DNA of 64,000 bases from Blepharisma stoltei ATCC 30299. Taxonomy: Eukaryota > Protista > Ciliophora. A program made the position numbers and the translations under genes. Within the stretch, counting starts at the first letter, position 1, and every line of letters starts with the position of its first letter. Shown in pieces: positions 12,466 to 23,682 of the stretch. The DNA lies in NCBI GenBank assembly GCA_965603825.1, contig CBFDEM010000016.1:310001-374000 (forward strand), in the 5' to 3' direction. The notes under the pieces were generated by a model. That model saw only the letters and a list, made by a program, of their open reading frames with translations. It did not search any database and was not told the origin of the DNA.

Positions 12466-12681
12466 TGAGTAATTTATATCTAGGAGATTAGGAAAGGCGT
12501 ATCTTAAAATTATCACTTTTAATTATGAACCCACAAACGAGTTGTTTTCCAAAGGTGCAAAAGCCAGTTGTGCATCAAATTCAATTGAATCTACTGGAGC
12601 AGTCATCATTCCCAGTTCATGCTGTGATTTGGATGGACTAAAAGCGTGCCCTTATGGTGCTAGTCATCCTAAGTCGCTATA
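12466..12681. repeat. Right arm of the 216-bp inverted repeat
   Basis: Matches the left arm; 382-bp spacer between arms. Confidence 0.95.
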
Positions 12682-12885
12682 ATTCTATATGCTTTAATTA
12701 TTTTATCTTTTAGGTACCAAAATCTTACCTTTTGAGCTTTTTGGCTATGGGAAACAGATTCGTTAGTCATCGAAGAAGATTGGTTATGCTAAATTGTCCC
12801 AATTGATAGATTTAATAATTTGTTTAGTTTTTAAATGGTTTCACTCGCAGCTTTTAATTAATTTTACGCTTTTTATAAAATTTCG

Positions 12886-13521
12886 ATGGAATATGATATT
12901 TTGAATGAGATCCTAACCAGTACAGTTTCGTCTCTATTTGAATGGAAAAATCCTGGAATGGAAGAACAAATGAGATCAAGTCTAGCCTCATTACCCCCTC
13001 CAAACTCAAGTGACTGGGTAAAGGTAGAAGGCAATCAGAAACTTGAAATGGCACTTAGGCGATTAAGAATCGATAGAAATACTACAAATGGAAGGGAGCT
13101 GAATAATAAAACAACTGATGAACTAAATACTGAAAAAAAGAAAGTTAAAAATGAGCTCAAAGCATATGACACCACTTTTAAATCACTATTCGGTCGATTA
13201 CCTAAAAGAGAAGAAAAAGAGCCTATGAGGCCACTATATATGTATTACAAAAAGATTAAGCAAGCTATCTCTAAAAGACCAGCTGAAAAAGGCAATAAAA
13301 AATTAAATCGTGATGAAGTAGCAAGAAAATTAGAAACTTTAAGAAAGGAAAGAAGTGAGTTAAAAGCAATTCTTCATAATTTTCAATTAGAGTTTTCTCA
13401 AACAAACCAGAGAAAGATAAGATATCACAAAGATATCCTACCAGTAGAAAATGAATATAAAAGATATAAAGAAGTTAAAGCTGAGATTGCAAAATTAGAC
13501 TCAGAACTGAGCAAAGCATAA
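12886..13521 (+). CDS. FAM13-like C-terminal repeat protein (211 aa)
   Basis: Two helical repeats, EKKKVKNELKAYD..F...GRLPKREEKEPMRPLYMYYK and ERSELKAILHNFQLEF...EYKRYKEVK, resembling the FAM13 C-terminus. Confidence 0.75.
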   Translation: MEYDILNEILTSTVSSLFEWKNPGMEEQMRSSLASLPPPNSSDWVKVEGNQKLEMALRRLRIDRNTTNGRELNNKTTDELNTEKKKVKNELKAYDTTFKSLFGRLPKREEKEPMRPLYMYYKKIKQAISKRPAEKGNKKLNRDEVARKLETLRKERSELKAILHNFQLEFSQTNQRKIRYHKDILPVENEYKRYKEVKAEIAKLDSELSKA

Positions 13522-13592
13522 AATTAATATAAAGTCCTATATAAATCCCAGTGAACTATTTTGATCTTAAAAATATTCACAATTAATAAAAT

Positions 13593-14414
13593 TTATTTAT
13601 TTATTTTCTCTTTTTTTCTCTTCACAGGTCTGTCCTCTTCTTTATTTTCACACCCTTCGCATTTGCACGTATCGCTGCATTTTATACCACTCTGATAGCA
13701 CTCGCAATATTTCTTTAAACATGCACTTTTCTTACAATTGCACCCTCGATTATGTTTTCCTTTAAGTTCTGAATTCACCACAATTGAATTGATTTTTGGT
13801 TTAAATGCTGATGGATTTCTGTCAAGAACCAAATTTGCAGCTTCTTTTCTTACTGCTTCACATTCCACTCTGTTTAAACAGTCTTTACAAGCACAATCTT
13901 TGCAATACTGATTCGAAGAAAAACAGTCGCAATATAGTTTTAGGCATCGGGATTTAGAGCAATTACAAGTTACTTGTTTTGGGGCATCATAACGAGGTCT
14001 AGACTTTTTACGAGGCCGAGTTTTAGGGATATCTTGTGGAGAGGATGGGGATTCTTGGGAAATTCGCACTTGGACTGTAAGAGAACTCGCATGGAATTTG
14101 AGAGTTGTAGGAAATGACTTGAAATCAAGCTTTTGGATGTACCGGTGGGTTGAGGGTTTTGGAGGATGAGTTTCTGTCTGTAATGGAGAGTTTAACGGTC
14201 AAAGATTACGAGGAGTTAGATCTTGATGATTAGCTGGGTATGGGGAATATATTAAATTGGTAGGAGGAAGAGGAGATAGAGAAGACATACAAAATTGAGA
14301 GAAAGGAGATGGATGAGAAATAGGACGATGAGATGGCCGCTGTGGGGTTGATGCTCCTATGAATACTTCGTTTGCGATAAGTGGGTCATTATCTTCTTCC
14401 TTCTTGATTTCCAT
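13593..14414 (-). CDS. Tesmin/TSO1/LIN54-like CRC (CXC) domain protein (273 aa)
   Basis: CNCSKSRCLKLYCDCF, linker RNPSAFKPKI, GCNCKKSACLKKYCECY. TGA=W at 14199. Confidence 0.92.
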
Positions 14415-14536
14415 AGTAAGATTTTATAATGGATATAAAGTTATGTTTTTAAATTCTATAGTTAAGAGCCAGCTACGAATTTAGGAAATTACTTGTAAAT
14501 GATTTAAGTATTTTATTAATTTCTGACTTAATTACT

Positions 14537-15805
14537 TTACTTTAATAACGGCGCTACAGTTCTATATAGCTCAAGCGACCGGCTGCCTTGATCTTGATAA
14601 TGTCTTGTTAAATTTATTGTTCTTGTACTTCGATTGTACTCAGGAATATAATTCAAGTCAGCATATGAATCCCCTGCTAGGTTTGCATCAGGTGGCCCAT
14701 AGGTATATAGCATATTACTTTGGAAATGGTTTATTTCAGGATTTTCGCTTAGTAACTGATAACAGTCTTCCTTAATTTTTGGTACTCGGCGGATCTTTCT
14801 ACAAATTAATCATAATAGGATCACTAGAGTAAAAAATAACGCACTTAGAGTTGGGATTATATAAGGCCATTCAAAAAGAAAAGAAAATTGTTCGTAAATT
14901 CCATCAAAAAAACTATTATCCGTTTCATCTTTATATTTATCTTTATCTTCATGTTCTTGCTCTTCTTCATTTTCTTCAATGGGCGTGCCAGGTAACTGAT
15001 GAATTGTAAAGTTAAAGCTGCAATCATAGCTATAGCAAGTTATGCAAAAAAGAAATACACATGTTTCACTTGGGCAAATTTTTGCAAATGCTTCAAAGCC
15101 CAAGTAAATTTCCTCATTTGTCCCATTTGTTATCATTTGATAACTAACATCGGTATAATTATGATTCGGCCAATTTTCTGGATTTTTACCAATTTTAGCA
15201 TAGTCATGTATAGAAAAATAAATTGATCCTTTTCCTATTATTTTTACCAATGATACTGTTCATGGACTTGTAGAATTAATTATGCTGAAATGATTAAAAT
15301 CGTATCCAAATTTTGTTGAAATTGTTGTTTGTCATTCAGGCCAAATCTCAGCAGGCATTATTGGGGTTGATATGATAGTAAACGTATAAGATGCAGCTGA
15401 ATATCCATATATTGCTATGTGATAAAAGCATGGACTCGATATAATTGTAGATGTAGATGATAAAAGCGAAGGACAATTAGCTGAAGATTTTCCATCCGAA
15501 TAAAATTCTTTCCTTTCTTCAAAGCTTTTAGCAGTAGAAGAAATATAATCATAAGCTTTCTTACTAGGAAGAATATTGTTAGAATTAATATTCACATAAA
15601 GATCAGGATCTCCCCAGCTTGGAATTATTTTTATTGTGATATTTTTATGCCCATAATGATAAGGTATACGATAATATCGATATTGATTCGAATCGACATT
15701 ATCTTTGAAAGTTATATTTTCTTGTAATAATATCTCATTAGGACCTTCTTGTTCTTGACCTTTAGCAAATACTGAAAGCAAACAAAAAAGTAACAATGAC
15801 TTCAT
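14537..15805 (-). CDS. Type I membrane protein with PPC-like (GDPDLYV) ectodomain (422 aa)
   Basis: Signal peptide MKSLLLFCLLSVFAKG, three TGA=W, TM segment WPYIIPTLSALFFTLVILL[W]LIC, then a cytosolic tail. Confidence 0.82.
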
Positions 15806-16441
15806 CCTACTTTATATGTTTATAGAAATGGATTAGAAATAAATAGATATAAAGAAATAATAAGGATTTTATTATATAATTAATAATCTTTTAAATGGAT
15901 AATTGAAATGCCCAAAAGATTATAATGCTTTTTTACCTATTAATTTAATCTTGCATATTGCAAGCTACTCTTTGGTCACAAAGATCTCCAACTGCGTTTG
16001 AGGAGCTGATAAAATGATGAATTTCAATATATAGAAACGATTTTTCTTCTATCTATTATTTGATTTGCCATAAAGCTTTATAAACTTATCATCTACTATA
16101 AATGGATGCTAATAATGCAAGGCACTATGAAGTACTTTAATTGAACAAACAAAACCTATTTTATCAATAAAAACCCTTTTTAAATCCGCTATTTCTTTTT
16201 TCATCTGACCATTTTTCAATTAATTCGGAATTATTAACTAATTCATTTGTAAGTTTAGTTACAGCAATAGAAATCATCATAAAAAGCTTGAAATTAAATA
16301 AAGTTAGCAAATTTTCAATAAATAAGAGCTTTGCTTAATATTAATTGTGCTTGGTAAATAAGCTGTAAAGTATTTATTTAGCACGAATTAATGTCTTCTG
16401 ATCATTTTATAAAATAAAAGTTATTAGACAGCAGCTTTTAA

Positions 16442-16960
16442 ATGATAAATGTATATATCAACCAGCCAAAGAAAAACTGTAATGAAAAGAGCTCAAAAAC
16501 TTCAATATCTGCTAAATCCTCAATCAAGAAATATTTTCTTAAAAAGAACTATTATAGGTCAAAGTGGAAGCATCATCGATTTATTTACCATAATCATTCA
16601 GCTCATAATCCATGAGAGATTAATGAAAAAAGCTATAAATTCGATGAACGCTCATCCTTGATATTAGAATTTTACTATAGTATTAGAGATAGAAATTTTA
16701 AATTCGATGAAATTTTAGCTAGTTTTTATCGTCAATGTGAAGAGTGCATTCGGACTCATGGAAAGTTAGCAAAAATTCTCTATGATTATGAAACAAAACT
16801 AACTTTTAATTCATATTATAAGGAAAATAAAAGATTCGACAAAGAAGAAGGAAAAAAGATTTTTCAAAAAAATAAAAGAGAATATATTCCGATGAAAAAT
16901 ATGAAATTTTTAGAACTAATTAGTGGAATTTACAAGAGTTTTAGTAATGAGATGCTTTAA
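16442..16960 (+). CDS. Hypothetical basic protein (172 aa)
   Basis: ATG 16442 is in frame with ORF 16658 through one TGA (HNP[W]EIN). No recognisable domain. Confidence 0.6.
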
Positions 16961-17533
16961 TTTTATATTTACTTTAAATTTAATATTGAAATGCATGGAT
17001 AAAAGATATTTTGTAAGATTATATTAAATAGTTGTAAAGAGATGGCATAGTTTGTTATATTATTTTAATTTTACAATTTTTTATTAAAAAATTAAGGGAA
17101 ATTATCAAAAATGTTGGATTCAAGTTTTAAAATTCTCAATTTACAAATCCTTTCAACGATCAAAAATGGCAGCCTTGAAAAATTAGAGTCGCAGGTTGCA
17201 GATGGTAACGTATTACATTGACTTGAAAAAAAATTATGATTCAACAAGGACTTAATATCATTTCAGCTTACCTGATTTCAATTTAGAGTTTTCATTCATT
17301 ATAAAGAGTTTATTGAATAATATAAGAAAATTGAAATATTTTGATTATTGAGCTTTGCTTTATTCAATATAGTATTTTTTCCTTCAAATTAATGCCAAAT
17401 CTACAGAAAATACAAATTAGATAAGCTATAAAATTATTTCCATTTCCTTTGTAGAAGATGTATCTGTTCTCATTTGATACTCCATATCTAAGGATAAATT
17501 GACAAACCATATTTTTACTTATTATTTGTCTAT

Positions 17534-18895
17534 TTAGATACCCTTTTCACCAGATATCATAAGAATGGACTTACTGCTATCTTCAGTCTCACAAATACTG
17601 TTATTATCTTGAGGATTAATAACATCGTCAGCAGAGCAGTCTCTCTTACACAAGCAGCAAGTCTATATAGTCATTACTTTGCTAATAAGAAACCACTCTT
17701 CGATACACGTTGTATGAAAAACATGGCCACAAAAAAGCATTCTTACCATAGAATTCTTTTGGAATTGCTCAAAGCAAATCGCACAATTCACGGTCGGAGT
17801 TTGTAACGAATTTATATTTGAAAATTGGATTGCTGGGTAATTTTTATTTATAAAGGAAGCTGCAAGCCCTGGGGACCCTTCTTGCTCGAGTAAAGTAGCG
17901 TGAAAAAGCCAGCACTTCTTCCATTTGCAAAATAAAGTAACAGCAATAACAAAAGCGATGAACCCTGCTACTACACTTATGCTTCATCAAAGAACAGATT
18001 CAGTATTCTCTGAGGAACTGGATTCTCTATACCTGATATAAAGACTCAATGGGTCTGGGCTCATTTTGTTATATAAAAGAAAATACAAACGGTCTTTGAT
18101 ATTTGAAACATCGATATTAATGGACGCTGAATTATCTGAACCTTGGAGAATAATGGATAAATAATAACTATAAAGAGATGGCAGGCTTGAGGGACTAAGT
18201 AAAAATTACGTATTTCCATCATAATTCAGCAGCAAAATTCCAGACAATCCTTCCCATTCCATTTCAAGTTGGATTTCGTCTGAACTAATGGAATTGATAT
18301 TAATATAGCCATAGCGGTATCCATATGCATGAGCATTAAGTACAGATTCCGACTCCTTAAGCTCGATTGCAGGAATCATACAATTTTTACCTATGAAATT
18401 ACTATAGCAAGCACACTTGTTCAAAGAAACACAATTTCCTTTGCCACTGCAGTCATTTGGGCACAAAATTCTATCTTTGGCATCTAAGCCTATTTGGTAG
18501 CTCATTGGGCCAGATTCAAAATGTTCATTCCCAACTCCAACATATATACTTGATCAATCTGAAATATCGGAGCTTAGCAATATAATTGAGTGATAAGTTG
18601 AATCACTGTAATGATCCTCCAAATCAACAAAGTCTGCAATAACTGATGAATGATTGCTTAAAAACAATGGCTTTTGTTGGGATAGTGCCAGAATTGGTCT
18701 CGCGTTTGCTTGGTTTGGCTTTATTCGAAGTCATACTCTTATGTACGTTTTAAAAGAGTAGCTTGCTGATATTTTATAGTAGCTCCATTGATTCATACTG
18801 GTAGTTTCTATTGCATCCCCAGGGCTTAAACTAAAAACTTCTTGATTCCCATAGGATACAATTGCTAGGCACAAAACAGTTAACACGATCATCAT
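17534..18895 (-). CDS. Signal peptide + EGF-like + TM + RING-H2 membrane E3 ligase (443 aa); 3 exons
   Basis: CPNDCSGKGNC...CAC...GKNC. TM follows tandem TGA-TGA. RING CAIC..CGHVFHTTC..W..|TCCLC. Introns 18195-18209 and 17663-17677. Confidence 0.88.
17663..17677 (-). other. 15-nt spliceosomal intron
   Basis: gtaatgactatatag; required to complete the RING. Confidence 0.88.
18195..18209 (-). other. 15-nt spliceosomal intron
   Basis: gtaatttttacttag. Confidence 0.88.
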
Positions 18896-19502
18896 TTCAA
18901 AAATGAGATTTATTATTCTGTTTCATAAATATTATGGTTTTAAATTAGCTACTTATCCAGTATATCAAGTGATCTATCTTTTAGGGTTCTGGCTTGAGAA
19001 GTATACCTTTACTATCGTAAATATTAGGAAGACCATTCTAAATCTGTGATTGTGCAATAAAGAGAAGTAGGATGCTAAAACAACAAATAGCTCTACTAAG
19101 TCAAAAATCTTGTTTAAATTACGATTTAAGAAATTTTGCTTTTAAAGGAAAGTATAAGTACAAGGGCTTACAGAAATATAAATTTGCTTATCAAGGTGAT
19201 CAGATTGCCATTTTAAATTCGCCAGCTCAGTAATGAAACAGAATGGAAAAATTTTAATTTCGTCTGAAATATGGAGAGTTTTTTCAAATAAACTGAAACT
19301 AGATACTTATCTTTAAACATTCATTTGGGCATCCTCATCATTCAAAATAATTTTCAATATAATTCAACTCATCTATTAATCAATAATCCTTGCTAAAACC
19401 CAGAGTTTAGGTTTTCTAAATTAGCCTTAAAAAATGACCAATAATTTTTCAAGAATAAATCAATCACATAAATCATATTTTTTTATAATAACTCATTTAA
19501 AA

Positions 19503-20681
19503 TTAACATTTAGCTTGTTCCATAAAACGGCTTTCAAAATTATCAAATGCAATGATAATTGCTGTGAGATTATCTCCGCTCCTTCTTCTCATACTTTGCG
19601 TAACAATTCCTTCAACTGCATTCCTACAGAAATTTGGTGATAATTCATCACTATTAAAATTGCTGTTTCATGCAGTTGATACGACTTCTTGAGTATTCAT
19701 CACGTCGAAAATTCCATCACAGCCTAGAACCATAAAATCGTGATCCTTTTTTATTTTAAATGACTTTATTTCTGGCTTAGCAATAATCACATTTGGGTTG
19801 CCCCCGAATTCTGAGTCTTTAGCATCAAGGTCGCCAATGGTTCTGCTGACTGAAAGTCCACCTGGAGAGACTCTATAAACTATATTGGGAGAATTTTTAT
19901 GATAGTAAATTTTACCTCCCTCTTTTTGGACTCTAACTTGCTCTTCAGGGTCTGAAGGCTTATGGTCTTTTGTAATAGTAATAGCTTGCTGACCTCCACA
20001 GCCACTCATAATGGCTCTAGAGTCCCCAACATTAGCTACGTAGCATGTATCTCCTATAACTAAACTAATGAGAGCACAAGACCCAGATTTTTCTCCAGTT
20101 TGTTTGGCCAGCTTCAAAAAATCAGTTTCAGCTTGTTCAAAACCTCTTAATATCGCTTGCTTTGGGCAATCAGGGAATAATGGATCATTTATAATATATT
20201 GATGCAAATTCTCTCTTAAGAAATTAGAACAAGTTTTGCCACCATGTCCATCATAAAGACCAAAAAATGAGCAATCTGGCCAGTCTTTTTTAGCTTGAAG
20301 CTGCGGCTTTTTAATTCTCAGTATAATAATCGCTTTGTCTTCGTTATATTGCCGAGTCAGACCTTGGTTGGTATTAGCAGCATAAGCTTTAACTTTACCA
20401 CAGGAAGAACTGGAAATCGCTGAAGGCTGTAGTTGTGGCAAAAGACGGTCTGTAAGTGGAAGTTGGGGATATGTCTGCGAAACTTCTATATTTCTAGGAC
20501 TATTATGCTTAAGTTCTGGTAGGGTATTAAGGCTTGGGACTGAGTTTGATGAGACAGAAATTTTGCCATGCTGACTCTTTCTTGCAAATCTGGGCGTTGG
20601 AGTTTCTGAGCCTCGAGGACTTCTAATACTTGGTAAAGAATCAGAGGAAGGCGCTTTTAAGCTTTTGAGAAATGCTGACAT
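19503..20681 (-). CDS. Protein phosphatase 2C (392 aa)
   Basis: YDGHGG, NVGDSRA, DHKP, SRTIGD and CDGIFD motifs; SGDNLT lies beyond TGA 19668. Confidence 0.95.
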
Positions 20682-20929
20682 GATTAAATTATTTTAATTA
20701 TAAATCGGTTGCGACTTTGGCAAGTGAAAATGGAGTTTTCGTATAAATAACAATAAAAAAATATAAAAAATGAGAAAGAGGATAAGATTTCAATAAATAT
20801 TTTCATTTAGCAAGCATGATTAGTATTAATAAAGGAGATTAAGCATTAATTTTTAAATTATGATGAGTAATTGCAAAACGAAACAGATATTTATAAAACG
20901 CATGCCAATTTTTTATTTCAATTATTTTA

Positions 20930-21910
20930 TTAAGCATTTAGCGATTGTTTATCTTTTTTTCTAGAAGAATTGTCTTTAATTACTGTATTCTCAGTAGGAA
21001 AATGGCTAGGAAGTTCTTTGCGACTTGAGCGATGGCTTAGTGTTAAAGAATCAGTTCTCTCATGCTCATTGATGTGGGATTTTGAGACTTTATGGCTTTC
21101 AGACTCGCAATTTGTTAAATTTCTTTTATGCCTAGAAATAGGAGGCTTCAAATTGGAATTTGTTGCTTCAAGTCGAGAATTACTCATGTGTGAGGAAGAT
21201 GAAGTCGGTGGACGATTTGATGGAGTTTCTAAATAGGAGTCTTTATAAACTTTGGAGTCTTGAAAGTGAATGCTGCTTTCATCAAATCCTCTAATTGAGG
21301 CAGAGTTATCTAAGAAGCTGTCTCTTCTTGATGCTGTTGTAGACTCGAATAATGATAATTTTGAGTTCCCTTTTGTGAATATGCTTTTAAAATGGTATTT
21401 TAATGTCTTTCTAGCTTGGACATTAGTTTCATCTTCAAGGGATTTGGTTATGGTGGTTAATGTATCAAAGATCCCTTTGGAGTTATCTTTACTTTCTAAC
21501 AACAATGATGATGTTGATAGATTGAATGAAGATTTACTATTAGAAATAGACTGTATAGAAAGCTTAGACATATTTATCATAGTCTTTTTGCCTTGTTTCA
21601 TATTAGCAATTTGATCTTTTATTTTTTTTGACAAATTTTTCAGCTCGGAGTGGCCTCTTTTAGCAGATTCCACAGCTTTGTCACTGTACTCAACAAGGGT
21701 ATAGCAGAAAGCCCTGGATTGCTCAATTATATTTTGACAGATTACAGTCGGCGGAGTCGGGATTTTGCTGAAATTGGAATCGTAAGCTTGAGATAGCTTA
21801 GTGTGGTATTTTGAAGCTTCTTTTAGGAAGGATTTTAGTCCTCTAACAAAGGAAAGATTGATGGAAAGTCTTTTCAGCAGTGAGTCGTAGCTGTCTAGTG
21901 CCGTATCCAT
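20930..21910 (-). CDS. Hypothetical protein, helical N-half and Ser-rich C-half (326 aa)
   Basis: Long uninterrupted ORF. Confidence 0.8.
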   Translation of the reverse strand: MDTALDSYDSLLKRLSINLSFVRGLKSFLKEASKYHTKLSQAYDSNFSKIPTPPTVICQNIIEQSRAFCYTLVEYSDKAVESAKRGHSELKNLSKKIKDQIANMKQGKKTMINMSKLSIQSISNSKSSFNLSTSSLLLESKDNSKGIFDTLTTITKSLEDETNVQARKTLKYHFKSIFTKGNSKLSLFESTTASRRDSFLDNSASIRGFDESSIHFQDSKVYKDSYLETPSNRPPTSSSSHMSNSRLEATNSNLKPPISRHKRNLTNCESESHKVSKSHINEHERTDSLTLSHRSSRKELPSHFPTENTVIKDNSSRKKDKQSLNA

Positions 21911-21959
21911 TTTTACGATTATATTTATTAACTCTGAAATCGAGGATACTTAAATCATT

Positions 21960-23195
21960 ATGGCAGAATGCTAGCTCAAAGATTTGGAGCTTTAAAAAGG
22001 AAGTTATAGTCAGAGATCATAAGGAGATGAGTTGCGATTGCTGAGATATTTATTATTAAGAAATTTAATCATTTATTTAATAATGTTTTCAAGATTAAAA
22101 CTATAGATTGATTTGTTCTTTAAAATATCATAGATAATTAAATCTATACTTTTGAGTTAAAGATCATAAAAACTGAAGATACTTCTTTGGGACAAAAATG
22201 AAGAAAGAGCTTTAGAGATTCAAGAGGTCAAAACGTATAAATTTCAGAGGATTCAGCCTGAAGAAACAGTATGTTTTTACAAGTAGTCCCACTTTATGAT
22301 GAGCTTGAGGGTGAAGCTAATGAAATAAACGAGACAAGCATCCTGGACAGCTGAGCTTAATCAGAGATTTCAAAGGAATGGAAATTATTCAAGTAAATCA
22401 TCAAATGGGAAGAAAAGCCTAACATTCTTGGAATGATCAATTAAACAGCAAATTGCGTCTATAGAAAATAGAGAAAAACTAAAAATATTGAAATGAAGTA
22501 AGTAATGATATAGAAGAAGACGAATTACCTGAGTTATGGGACTGAACAAATATCAATGGAGTAAACTATGCTCCAAATCATCGAGGATAAATAATTACTG
22601 GTCTTGCTATATTTTGGCAACTATTGAAATGATCAATCAAGACTACGAATTCTGAATAATAAGAATTTGCAGCATCTATAAGCATTTAATATGCTTTAAG
22701 CTGCAATTTTTACACTAAAAGTTGTCATAGAGGCTGCCCACATTATTAAAAAGATTTATCTCAGAATCATACGCCTATTATGAAGCCAAAAATGCAGAAT
22801 GCCAAATAAAATGTGACGATGCTCTTCTGTTACTGTTTTAGACTAATATTATATAGAGGCTATTATAGAGATTCTAACGAAGAAAATATGATGAAAGAAT
22901 CTGTGCGAGAGGGCCTATCATTGCCAATTTAAAACCATCAAGAGATTTTGTTTTCATATAAGTAGGATATATGAAAGCTTTCCAAGAGAAAGATATGAGA
23001 GAAAGTTCCCTAGATTGGGAAGAAATCGACTACAGAGTTTTAATTGCAGGATTGGGTATTGAGAGTTTGTTAAAATTTAGAAAAGCTTTAAACACCTAGG
23101 ATCAATTGGAGAGAGAACGGATTTTTTAGGATAAAAAGAGGTTGATGAGTGTGCGATTGAATCAATGAGGGAAGCAACAGCTCCTTATTTTGTAT
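21960..23195 (+). pseudogene. CTSC: Decayed cathepsin C (dipeptidyl peptidase I, papain family) gene
   Basis: Fragments LPELWD[W]TNINGVNY, SCYILA, SRLRIL, LSCNFYT, EENMMKE, DWEEIDY, GENG..RIK and ECAIESM, broken by stops and frameshifts. 5' boundary approximate. Confidence 0.8.
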
Positions 23196-23209
23196 AATTT
23201 TTATTAACT

Positions 23210-23500
23210 TTAAGAGTTAGCATTTAAAACTCTGCCCATCATTGCAAGTGCGCTGACCCAGGTTTCAGCTTCTGCTGGATAAGTCTTTTTCTCAGTATTT
23301 AGCTCTTCAAACTTAATTTGGCATTGGTGAACTGATAAGCCTGCACCAAATCCAGCTCCATATAAAATTGCAGGAAGTCTTGACTTCAATACTAGTAAGG
23401 AAATTGCGCTAGCTATTCCAGCCCCAACTAAAGAACTATATGCGAGATTTTCGAAGCATTGATAAGATTCAGATTCAACTTGGTCGTATGAAGTTTTCAT
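23210..23500 (-). CDS. MIC10: MICOS subunit Mic10-like (96 aa)
   Basis: C.EN...two glycine-rich TMs (VGAGIAS; YGAGFGAG) around a basic KSR loop, then HQC. Confidence 0.7.
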   Translation of the reverse strand: MKTSYDQVESESYQCFENLAYSSLVGAGIASAISLLVLKSRLPAILYGAGFGAGLSVHQCQIKFEELNTEKKTYPAEAETWVSALAMMGRVLNANS

Positions 23501-23682
23501 TTATTTCTATAGCAATCGTGTAATATAAAAAGACATATATTGAATAGATTTCTCATTCAGCGTATATAGATTAAATTGAGGCTATAAAGCAGGATATGCG
23601 ATATATTTGATAAAATAATCTCAAATTAGTAATATTTACTTTGTATCAAATATTAAATTTTTGCTTATCTAAGATAATAAAA

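Noticed and set aside
11868-12681. Inverted repeat as a MITE or transposon with TIRs
   Set aside because: No clear target-site duplication, no transposase and no second copy in the window. Kept only as an alternative.
17111-17320. 69-aa ORF under TGA=Trp
   Set aside because: Short, three TGAs and no motif; compatible with chance or a decayed fragment.
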